Shown here: in pieces, positions 8,247 to 16,339 of the stretch
How positions within the stretch are numbered: the first letter of the stretch is position 1
How the letters are laid out: every line of letters starts with the position of its first letter
NCBI GenBank assembly: GCA_042217545.1
Contig: JBDGSM010000024.1
Span: 1-16,867, forward strand
Source of the DNA: Candidatus Nanohalobium sp.
GTDB lineage: Archaea; Nanohalarchaeota; Nanosalinia; Nanosalinales; Nanosalinaceae
Direction of reading: 5' to 3'
DNA length: 16,867 nt
Program-made: the position numbers and the translations under genes
The notes under the pieces: model-generated
What the model saw: only the letters and a program-made list of their open reading frames with translations
Told to the model about the DNA's origin: nothing
Databases searched by the model: none

Positions 8247-9509
8247 ATGATCGGAGTTAGCCCCCGCCTGATCTTTCTAGCACTGTTCATAGCAGGCCTT
8301 GCTTACCTGCTCTACCGCGACAGGGATAAAATCCAGAGAAGCTCGATACTTTTCTACCGCAGAACAAAAAACGGGATAAACCGGATAAAAGCGATACAGT
8401 CAAGATTCCCCCGTTTCTGGAAGGCCTACGGCTGGGCCGCAGCGATCTCAGGCGTTCTGTCGATGATTCTCGCTGCTCTCTACATCGGTGGGAAGTTCGT
8501 AGATGTCTTCAGCACAGGCTCCGTGAAGAAGGCAGGCCTCTCATTTGTCGCGCCAGGCCTTGTTTCACATAGCAGTTTTCAGCCAGGTATCTCGTTCATC
8601 CCTGTTGAGTACTGGCTTATCGGCGTTGGAATAGTGATGACAGTCCACGAACTAAGCCATGGCATCGTCGCCCTGAGTGAGAACTTCGAGATCAACTCCG
8701 TAGGCTGGATCGTCCTCGGCATATTTCCCGGCGCCTTTGTAGAGCCTAAAGGTGAGAGGATGCTTCCAGCAGGTGAAGGCGAGGAAGAGGAGTTCCACCA
8801 CGAAGAAGACGGGGAAAGCTCAGGAATGTGGGACCAGGGAAAGCTCTCCTCCAGGATAAAGGTCCTTGGAGCCGGAAGTTTTGCCAACTACCTCACAGCT
8901 TTAATCATGATACTGCTCTCAGGCTTTGTACTATCCATGGTTGCACATCCAGGGCAGATATACTACACGACTGTGCCTAACCAGTCCGCCTCTGGCGCAG
9001 GCATGACCAACGGAACGCTGAACAGTATAAATGGTAACAGGATAGACAACGTAAGCGAACTCCAGAAAACCACCGCAGGCCTGAAACCAGGCGACAACAT
9101 CGTACTGAACACCAGTGAAGGAGTATTCAACGTCAAAGCTGGTAAAAGGACCTACCAGCCAACTATTGGAATCCCCGGCATATTCACAGTACCGAAAGGC
9201 CCTGAGAAGACAGAAGGATACATAGGAATGCAGTTCTACCAGAGCTCCGTGATAAATCAAGGCCTGAAACCTTATCAGGCAGGTCTGAGCTGGTTTATCT
9301 CGCTCCTGCAGACCATAGCAATACTGAACCTGGGAATAGGTTTGATCAACATGCTGCCCCTGAAACCTCTTGACGGAGGACAGATAATGGGCGGTGTCAT
9401 CGAGAACTACCTGGGCGAATCAGCGTCAAAGGCCTTCAACTACTTCTCGGGGCTTGGAATGCTGGCACTGATAGGTGTAATCCTTCTATCCGTGGCTACG
9501 GCCCTCTGA
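8247..9509 (+). CDS. Site-2 protease family (M50) intramembrane zinc metalloprotease with PDZ-like insert
   Basis: HELSH (HExxH), GAFVEP, AGSFAN, and NMLPLKPLDGG (NxxPxxxxDG). Confidence 0.93.
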   Translation: MIGVSPRLIFLALFIAGLAYLLYRDRDKIQRSSILFYRRTKNGINRIKAIQSRFPRFWKAYGWAAAISGVLSMILAALYIGGKFVDVFSTGSVKKAGLSFVAPGLVSHSSFQPGISFIPVEYWLIGVGIVMTVHELSHGIVALSENFEINSVGWIVLGIFPGAFVEPKGERMLPAGEGEEEEFHHEEDGESSGMWDQGKLSSRIKVLGAGSFANYLTALIMILLSGFVLSMVAHPGQIYYTTVPNQSASGAGMTNGTLNSINGNRIDNVSELQKTTAGLKPGDNIVLNTSEGVFNVKAGKRTYQPTIGIPGIFTVPKGPEKTEGYIGMQFYQSSVINQGLKPYQAGLSWFISLLQTIAILNLGIGLINMLPLKPLDGGQIMGGVIENYLGESASKAFNYFSGLGMLALIGVILLSVATAL

Positions 9510-10877
9510 TCATCCCTCTTCTTTATCGAGGCCGTCCATGTCTTCTATCTCTTCTCTTACTTCTTCCTCTTCCTCCTCAACTTCTTCCTCCACGTCCTTT
9601 ACTTCTTCCTCTATCTCATCTCTCTCGAAGTAGAGAAGTTCAGCCGATATCACACCTATCGCAATGAGGATCACAGAACTGAATACTTCAGGTTCTGCAG
9701 TCCGCAGATGGTAGAGCAGTGCAAGAACAGTTGAAACAGATCCCACGAAGCCCAGAAGAGGAACAGCTCTCGTAACAAGAGAATCGCCCTCCCTGAACGC
9801 CAGGAAGCTTACAGCACCGAAAATAGTGATGAAAGCCAGGGAAGCAAACGACGTTATCGCATTAAGACTTCCCAGGACAGTGAAAGCAGCTGTGAGGCCT
9901 CCCAGTGCGAGAAGCGATTTCACTGGTTCGTCCCCGGATCCACGGAGCTCGGCAGGAAGAAGCTTATCTGAAACCAGCTTCCTGGAAAGACGGGCCGAAC
10001 TGAAAAGCGTGGCATTGATCGCACTCCCTGTAGAGAAAAGAGCAGCCAGGGAAATAAGTACGAATCCTACACTCCCCAGGAAAGGCTTTGCAGCTATTGC
10101 GAGCGCGGTCTCGGCGTTTTTCGCAATTACCGATGGGGTCAAAAGATTAGTGGTGACGACCGCAACTATGACATACAGAAAAGTAGCGATCAGGATAGAA
10201 GCATATATAGCCTTCTTCAATGTCTCCTCGGCATTCCTGAGCGAATCCTGGTCGAACAAAAGGAGTTCCCAGCCCTCGAAAGCCACAAAGGAAATTGCTG
10301 CAGCGATCAGGGGGCCGAAACCGAAGTTTGCAAAGCCAAGGCCTATCATGCCATGTGTGAAGCCATAGTAAAGGCCTCCAAGCCCGAATACCAGAAGTAT
10401 AATGACTTTGAGAAGTACAAGTATGTCTTCAGTCTCCCCTGATGCGTGGGCCCCCAGAACGTTCAGCCCTACAAATATTACAACGACGAGGAGAGATATT
10501 ACAGGCCTTAACGGGAATCCCAGCACGTGCTGTATACCTGCAAGTTCTTCGAAGTAGCCTCCGAAGGCAAAGGCGTACATCGCCATAGTCCCTATGTATC
10601 CGAAGAGGAATGTCCAGCCCGTCATACCTGCAAGTTCCTTACTTCCCGTGAACTTGTGGATAAAAGTGATGGGGCTGTCCTTGCCTTCTGTCAGACTGTT
10701 GAGACGTATCATGGAGTATCCTGAGGCCAGTGCTATGACTCCTGAAACGATAAATGCCATCCAGGCCAGCGGTCCTGCAGAGCTGGCGACTACGCCAAGT
10801 ACGGCGAAGATTCCACCTCCAACCATTCCTCCGACTGCCATGGATACAGCTTCCTTCAGTCCTACCTTCTGACTCAT
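9510..10877 (-). CDS. APC-family amino acid permease
   Basis: TM1 motif AVGGMVGGGIFAVLG, TM6 FVAFEGWE, about 12 hydrophobic segments, acidic C-terminal tail. Confidence 0.92.
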   Translation of the reverse strand: MSQKVGLKEAVSMAVGGMVGGGIFAVLGVVASSAGPLAWMAFIVSGVIALASGYSMIRLNSLTEGKDSPITFIHKFTGSKELAGMTGWTFLFGYIGTMAMYAFAFGGYFEELAGIQHVLGFPLRPVISLLVVVIFVGLNVLGAHASGETEDILVLLKVIILLVFGLGGLYYGFTHGMIGLGFANFGFGPLIAAAISFVAFEGWELLLFDQDSLRNAEETLKKAIYASILIATFLYVIVAVVTTNLLTPSVIAKNAETALAIAAKPFLGSVGFVLISLAALFSTGSAINATLFSSARLSRKLVSDKLLPAELRGSGDEPVKSLLALGGLTAAFTVLGSLNAITSFASLAFITIFGAVSFLAFREGDSLVTRAVPLLGFVGSVSTVLALLYHLRTAEPEVFSSVILIAIGVISAELLYFERDEIEEEVKDVEEEVEEEEEEVREEIEDMDGLDKEEG

Positions 10878-12227
10878 TCTATCTCCTCCTCAAAGCTCTC
10901 AACTTCTTTTTCGACTTCCTCCACTTCCCCTCTCTATCCTGTTTCTCTCGAAGTAAAGGAACTCAAGGCCTATTATCGCGAGGAATATGCCTGTGATGCT
11001 GGCAAGCATGTGTGGGGCTGTGTCGCCCACAGATGCCAGAGCAGCAGCGGAAGCGCAAACAAAGTGCCTAAAAGGCCTATCAACGGTATCAACCGGTTCT
11101 CAGTGACCTCGTTGTCCAGCAGGCATACAGTATTTACAGCTGCGAAGACAGGTGTATAAAAGCCACGGATGCAAACGTGCTGATCTGCTCCAGGCCGCCC
11201 ACAGCAGTGAAAGCTGCCATTAAAAATCCTATTATCAGGAGGCTTTTCGTTGGCACTCCGTTACTGTTCCTGAAGGAGAAAACCTGAGGTAGCTCTTTCT
11301 CCGTAGCGATCTTATGAGAAAGTCTTGCATTCCCGAACAGGGTCGCATTTATCGCCGAAGCCGTCGAGAAAAGAGTGGCCACAGAAATAAGGATGTATGA
11401 AATCCCATTCATCACATGTAACGTGAAAATCTTCTGAGCGGCAAAGGCAAGAGCTGTCTCCTTATGAACAACGATCTGATCTGCGGTCAAAAGATTTGTG
11501 GTCACGAACGACACAAGGATATAGATAAGCGTGGCTGCGACAATTGAATAGTAAACAGCTTTCCTCAGAGTGGAAATGCCGCCACGGATTTCGGAGCACT
11601 CATAGGTAAGAAGTTGAAAACCCTGGAAAGAAACAAATATCACGGCAGCACCGACAAACATCGAGGAAAATCCTTTATTGAAAAGGCCTCCTGCGAAAAC
11701 ATTGAAGTCTGGCTGGCTGAAGATGCCCAGAGACCAAGGCCTCAACAGGATCAGGATCATAACTTTTACGTACACAAGTACGTCCTCGCTGATCCCGGAA
11801 CTGCTGGTTCCAAGGAAGTTAATAGCGATGAACAGGCCTATAACAGCAACTGAGATCAGCGGACGGATTAGAGCCGAGGCCTGGAAACCAAGTATTCCTG
11901 CGGCGAACGATCCGAAGGCGTAGGCGTACATAGCGGCACTTCCTATATATCCTACGATCAGTATCCATCCTACGACGCCCGCATAGTTTTTGTTGGACAT
12001 GAAATGCTCAAGGAACGTGAAAGATCCTCCGTCCTCCTTGAGATGTTCTGTAAGCTCTACATACTAGTAACCTGAGGCCAGGGCGATCACCCTATCAAAA
12101 AATACGATATAAACGCCGCGTTACCCACCTTTTGAGCGGCAACGCCGAGTACAGCAAATATTCCGCCGCTAATAAGGCCTCCGAGCCCCATTGCTACTAC
12201 TTCTTTCAGACCCAATTTTTCTGCCAT
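10874..12227 (-). pseudogene. Degraded APC-family permease, tandem paralog of the downstream gene
   Basis: ATG 12227 gives MAEKLGLKEVVAMGLGGLISGGIFAVLG. Frameshift near 12090, in-frame TAG at 12066-12064, and further frameshifts near 11150, 11010 and 10930. Ends EFLYFER...EEEIE-TGA overlapping the next ATG. Confidence 0.88.
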
Positions 12228-12284
12228 ATTAAGTTATTACGGTCTCGTTTATCTTAAAATCTCTTCACCGGCTTCCCTCAAGCG

Positions 12285-12290
12285 TTTTTA
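12285..12290 (+). promoter_or_regulatory. TATA-like box for ferredoxin
   Basis: TTTTTA ending 25 nt before ATG 12315. Confidence 0.45.
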
Positions 12291-12314
12291 TTCTTCAGGC
12301 CTCCATAACCAGTT

Positions 12315-12620
12315 ATGACGCATAAAATCAAACTTGTGGACCAGGATGAAGAGGTGGAAGCAGAGGACGGCCAGACAGTCTTGAACGCACTGCTGGAAGG
12401 GGGAGTAGAATGGATGCACGCCTGCGGTGGTTTCTGCAACTGCACAACCTGCCGTATAAAAGTTGAAGAAGGCATGGAAAACCTCTCCGAGCAGAAACAG
12501 GACGAGAAAAATACGATAAGACGTTTCAAGGGCAAGGAAAAACTTGAAGGCCCTTTCAGACTCAGCTGCCAGACTAAGGTCTACGGCGACATCAAGATCT
12601 CAGAACCGGAATGGTACTAG
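12315..12620 (+). CDS. 2Fe-2S ferredoxin, adrenodoxin/ISC-Fdx-like
   Basis: HACGGFCNCTTC (C-x5-C-x2-C) and distal RLSCQ. Confidence 0.9.
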   Translation: MTHKIKLVDQDEEVEAEDGQTVLNALLEGGVEWMHACGGFCNCTTCRIKVEEGMENLSEQKQDEKNTIRRFKGKEKLEGPFRLSCQTKVYGDIKISEPEWY

Positions 12621-12638
12621 AAAGAGAGGCTAAGAAAT

Positions 12639-13721
12639 TTGCTTGATGTAATGATTGTAGGCGGCGGACCTGTAGGCTCCCAGCTCGCGAAAAAATTCCG
12701 TGAAAAATCCGGGGAAGACCTCGATGTACTTGTAATCGAACGCAGCGAGGAGATCGGCGAACCGCTCGCGTGTTCCGGACATGTATCGCCGGACATCAAA
12801 AATTTTCTATCTGAAGAGGAGTTCGAGGAGATCTACCAGAACGAGATAAGAGGTGCCCGGTTCCACGTATCAGGGAAAAACTACGAGTTCTTCAAGAAAG
12901 ATGAGACCGTCTCATACGTGATCAATAGGATCGGACTGGACAAAATCAAGGCCGAACAGGCAAGGGATGCGGGTGCCGAATACAACCTCGATGAAACAGT
13001 TGAGGAAGTAGAGGAAAAAGATGATTGCGTGAAAGTTTCTACTGACAGAGGAAAGTACGAGGCGAAAGTTCTAGCGGGCTGTGATGGAGCCTCTTCAAAA
13101 GTTAGAGATGAAGTCGGGCTGGAGGAGCCGGATCATTTCTACCAGGGAATCCTCTGTTTTACTGAAGAGAAAGATTCTTCTGATTTTGTCGATGTCCTGA
13201 TGGATGTACCGGAGTTTTTCGGCTGGCGGATACCACGTTCTGATTCAGTTGAGTACGGTGCAGGTGTGCCGAAAGGTGAGAACACGATGAAGTGGCTGGA
13301 CGAGGTAACCGAAAAATTTGATATAGAAAAAGAAAAGAGGAGAAACGTCTGTGCCGGTGCGATACCTATCGGGCCACCGGAAAGAGTGACAAGTGACCGG
13401 GTTTTCCTGGTCGGCGATGCTGCGGGCCAGACCAAGCCGTTCACAGGCGGCGGAATACTCTACGGTATGCGTGCAGCTACCATCGCAGCGCGCGAGATCG
13501 ACCCAGAGGAACCTGATCTACAGGAGTATGAGGATGCGTGGCGTTCCGAGTTGAGGAATGAGATTCTGCTGGGTAAGTTTATCGAGCGGATCTATTCGAT
13601 GCCGTCCCCCGTTCAGATGCTGGGCATGGGTTTGTTCGAAGGGGAGATAGGCGTCCATATGGACCGCCCCACGACGTTACTGAGCGTTGAGCAGCTGAAA
13701 GCGATGCTTCCCTGGAGCTAG
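12639..13721 (+). CDS. Geranylgeranyl reductase family FAD-dependent oxidoreductase
   Basis: IVGGGPVGS Rossmann motif, PLACSG, GCDGASSKV, FFGWRIP, and FLVGDAAGQTKPFTGGGI. TTG start after GAGG. Confidence 0.88.
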   Translation: MLDVMIVGGGPVGSQLAKKFREKSGEDLDVLVIERSEEIGEPLACSGHVSPDIKNFLSEEEFEEIYQNEIRGARFHVSGKNYEFFKKDETVSYVINRIGLDKIKAEQARDAGAEYNLDETVEEVEEKDDCVKVSTDRGKYEAKVLAGCDGASSKVRDEVGLEEPDHFYQGILCFTEEKDSSDFVDVLMDVPEFFGWRIPRSDSVEYGAGVPKGENTMKWLDEVTEKFDIEKEKRRNVCAGAIPIGPPERVTSDRVFLVGDAAGQTKPFTGGGILYGMRAATIAAREIDPEEPDLQEYEDAWRSELRNEILLGKFIERIYSMPSPVQMLGMGLFEGEIGVHMDRPTTLLSVEQLKAMLPWS

Positions 13722-13778
13722 GAGGTATAAAAAGCTTTCAGGGAATACTCTTCGTAACGAGGGGAGAGTTGAGAAAAA

Positions 13779-14450
13779 ATGCACATTGGAGTTATTCCTG
13801 ATGGTAACCGTCGTTACGCACGTTCTCACGGCATCCAGAACTATGACGCTTACGAGGAAGCTAGAGACACTATAAAAAATGTTACTGACTCCCTGAACGG
13901 TTTCTCAGATGACCTGGAATCCATCACTTTTTACCTACTCTCCGAGGAGAACCTTGACCGGTCTAAGGAGGAGCTTGAGACTCTTTTCGATCTACTTGAA
14001 CAGAACATAGACGATATGGCAGAGTTCTTCCAGGGGAAGGATTTCAATGTAAACTGGGCGAGCACCAATCCTGATCCTCTCCCGGACGGTCTGAAGGATA
14101 AGCTGAGGAAAATAGAGGACAGATTCTCAGGCGGTGACACTAGGGTCAACCTGCTTATCTCGTACGATGGAAAAGAGGATATACTCGAAGCAGGGGAGGA
14201 GGTAGCTGCTAACGGAGAAAACTTCAACCGTAAAGATTTCTCGACCCATCTACAGATCCAGCAGGATATAGACTTCGTCATCAGAACAGGCGACAATCCA
14301 GACCGTGAATGCCTGTCCGGTTTCCCGATCTGGAACGCCAGCTACGCCGAGTTCTACCACATCAAGAAGAACTTCCCGGCGGTACAGCCGGAGGACGTAG
14401 AGGAAGCCCTCGGCCACTTCAAAAAACTTAGAAGGAAGAAAGGCGAATAA
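13779..14450 (+). CDS. uppS: cis-prenyltransferase (undecaprenyl/polyprenyl diphosphate synthase family)
   Basis: HIGVIPDGNRRYA, LSEENLDRS, SYDGKEDI, DIDFVIRTG, and LSGFPIWNASYAEF. Confidence 0.85.
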   Translation: MHIGVIPDGNRRYARSHGIQNYDAYEEARDTIKNVTDSLNGFSDDLESITFYLLSEENLDRSKEELETLFDLLEQNIDDMAEFFQGKDFNVNWASTNPDPLPDGLKDKLRKIEDRFSGGDTRVNLLISYDGKEDILEAGEEVAANGENFNRKDFSTHLQIQQDIDFVIRTGDNPDRECLSGFPIWNASYAEFYHIKKNFPAVQPEDVEEALGHFKKLRRKKGE

Positions 14451-14456
14451 TCCCTT

Positions 14457-14564
14457 ATGGTCGACATGACCTGCTGGAACTGCAGCCAGACTATGGAAAA
14501 ATACGTTGCCTGTGAACTCAAATGCATGAACTGCGGCATGGTCAGAGACTGCAGCGATCCCTAA
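14457..14564 (+). CDS. 35-aa Cys-rich zinc-finger microprotein, HVO_2523-like (MVDMTCWNCSQTMEKYVACELKCMNCGMVRDCSDP)
   Basis: Manual translation, not in the ORF track. Starts 6 nt after the uppS stop. CxxC...C-x3-CxxCG...DCSD pattern. Family name is from recall. Confidence 0.8.
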   Translation: MVDMTCWNCSQTMEKYVACELKCMNCGMVRDCSDP

Positions 14565-14656
14565 TCTCCTGTCTCTACTCTCTGATCCGTACAATTATTG
14601 CATAAAGCAAAGAACGTCTTGTTACTGCATCCTTCTTTGTAACACTCCTTGAACAA
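14561..14656 (-). CDS. Putative 31-aa Cys4 microprotein (MFKECYKEGCSNKTFFALCNNCTDQRVETGD)
   Basis: Manual translation. TTG start preceded by GAGTGA (SD-like). C-x4-C-x8-CxxC. TAG overlaps the convergent TAA (CTAA 14561-14564). TTTAAA at 14711-14716 upstream. Confidence 0.55.
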   Translation of the reverse strand: MFKECYKEGCSNKTFFALCNNCTDQRVETGD

Positions 14657-14800
14657 CAGGGATCACTCTCGTTAAGCAGGCCTCTGTCCAGATAAGGAAA
14701 CCCCAACCAATTTAAACCGAACACATCCACTCAGCAAAAAATTTCTTCCAGAAAAACTTCACCCAACCCATTTAACCATTGCAGTCACCAGAAGTTAGGT

Positions 14801-15940
14801 ATGAAAACCTGGCTCATCACCCTACTTGTCGCAGGAGGTATCATAGCAGGCGGAGCAGGATACCTGGCGTTCACATTCCAGAAACCAAGCTTCGGAGTAA
14901 TAGACAAGGGAGACTGGGGCCAGGTAAACGACCAGACAATAAAGATCAACTCCACGGTCTGGCTGGACAACCCGAACGTCATAGGCCTACCACTCGGATT
15001 CGTACACGCAGGATACGCCGCCAACGCCAACAACATCACTCTAGCGGAAGGCGACATCAACGGCATCAACATAGAAACAGGAAACCAGACAAAGAGCTTC
15101 ACAACAACCGTGGAACAGGGAAAAATACCTGACTGGTGGGTCAGCCACCTCAAAAACGGCGAAAAAAGCACTATAACAGCAACAGTAAACGTAGATCTAC
15201 CTCTCGGAAGCTTCAAGACACAGGCCTTCCGGAAAAACATACAGACAAACATAACAAACAGGATAGAGAAAAGCCTGGCATCACTCGAAGGAACATACAA
15301 AGGACCCGGGATACAGAGAAGCGCAGGCCCTATCACTGCAACTGTAAGGCCTGAAATCCAGGTTAAAGACTTCAAGGTTTCCTGGGGCAAGATAACATCC
15401 AAGAAATCAAACATTTTAATGGATGTCACACTCTACAATCCAAACGCCTACCCGATACCGACGCCAAGCTTCGCAGGAAACGCCAAGCTCAACAACGTCA
15501 CTGTAGCGGACTGGAACGCAAACCCACAGGCCCTCACAGACCTTCCAGAAGACGGCATGATCCCGCCAAAGCAGTCGACAGATGTCAGATTCAAGGCCTC
15601 ACTTCTGAACCAGAAAATGGACGAATGGTTCGAGACACACGTCAAGAGAGGAGAGCACACGAAGGGGAGAATAAGAGCAAACCTGGTCTTCGACTTTGAG
15701 GGAAGACAGTTCAAAGTACCGGCAGGAGGCATCCTCTGCAAGATGAACATCCAGACAGCAGTACTCGTCGACAACCAGAAGAACAAGTTCGAAAACAAGG
15801 GGTGCAAACCAAGACTTGAAGGATACAGCTCCCTCCCTACAGGAACCGGAGACAACAATACCTCAACGTCCATAGGCAACCAGAGCCTGCCTGACAACAC
15901 TACAAAACAGGATCTCCTCAACTCCGGAGCACTCCAGTAA
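14801..15940 (+). CDS. Membrane-anchored LEA type 2 (WHy) domain protein, two domains
   Basis: N-terminal hydrophobic anchor. Two NPN motifs (LDNPN, LYNPNAYPI). Beta-rich with many N-x-S/T sequons. Confidence 0.8.
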   Translation: MKTWLITLLVAGGIIAGGAGYLAFTFQKPSFGVIDKGDWGQVNDQTIKINSTVWLDNPNVIGLPLGFVHAGYAANANNITLAEGDINGINIETGNQTKSFTTTVEQGKIPDWWVSHLKNGEKSTITATVNVDLPLGSFKTQAFRKNIQTNITNRIEKSLASLEGTYKGPGIQRSAGPITATVRPEIQVKDFKVSWGKITSKKSNILMDVTLYNPNAYPIPTPSFAGNAKLNNVTVADWNANPQALTDLPEDGMIPPKQSTDVRFKASLLNQKMDEWFETHVKRGEHTKGRIRANLVFDFEGRQFKVPAGGILCKMNIQTAVLVDNQKNKFENKGCKPRLEGYSSLPTGTGDNNTSTSIGNQSLPDNTTKQDLLNSGALQ

Positions 15941-16043
15941 AAAAGGTCCTAGACACCAACACATTCTTAAAGGTTGGCCTGATTATTCTTAGTTGCGGTC
16001 GAGTGAATACTTTTCGACCCACCACCAGAAAATATTTATTTTG

Positions 16044-16060
16044 TTATCACGAAGTGATAA
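16044..16060. promoter_or_regulatory. Palindromic operator candidate TTATCAC-N3-GTGATAA
   Basis: Perfect 7-bp inverted repeat between an AT-rich box (16031-16040) and ATG 16062. Confidence 0.55.
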
Positions 16061-16061
16061 T

Positions 16062-16250
16062 ATGAACATGTCAGAAGACGCAATCAAGGAATGTCCTTAC
16101 TGTGGCGAAACCTTCGAGGGGGAGGACGCGATCACAAATGAAGGAATTCACAGAGCAGAGGAACACGTGAACCAGAACGAATCCACGGCAAAGGCGACCA
16201 AAGGCCAGAATATCGTGGACGAGTGGAAGTCAGAAGGAAAGAAGGCCTAG
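16062..16250 (+). CDS. Small C2H2-type zinc-finger protein
   Basis: CPYCG-x14-HRAEEH. Start at ATG 16062 or 16068 rather than TTG 15993. Confidence 0.75.
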   Translation: MNMSEDAIKECPYCGETFEGEDAITNEGIHRAEEHVNQNESTAKATKGQNIVDEWKSEGKKA

Positions 16251-16339
16251 AAGCTTTCTGACTGGAAGACTGCCTCCCTTAATTCTTCTTTATTAACCTC
16301 GGCGACACTTTAAAACTTCTCAACCACATAAAACCATGC

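Noticed and set aside
12064..12066. In-frame TAG as pyrrolysine or programmed readthrough
   Set aside because: It aligns to Ser in the paralog (GYSM), is one substitution from TCG, and the gene has several frameshifts as well.
561..15921. Long antisense or alternate-frame ORFs (for example 902-1537, 3689-4312, 5925-6581, 9826-10368, 14785-15429, 15448-15921)
   Set aside because: They are shadows of well-supported genes on the other strand, with no motifs and non-halophilic composition.
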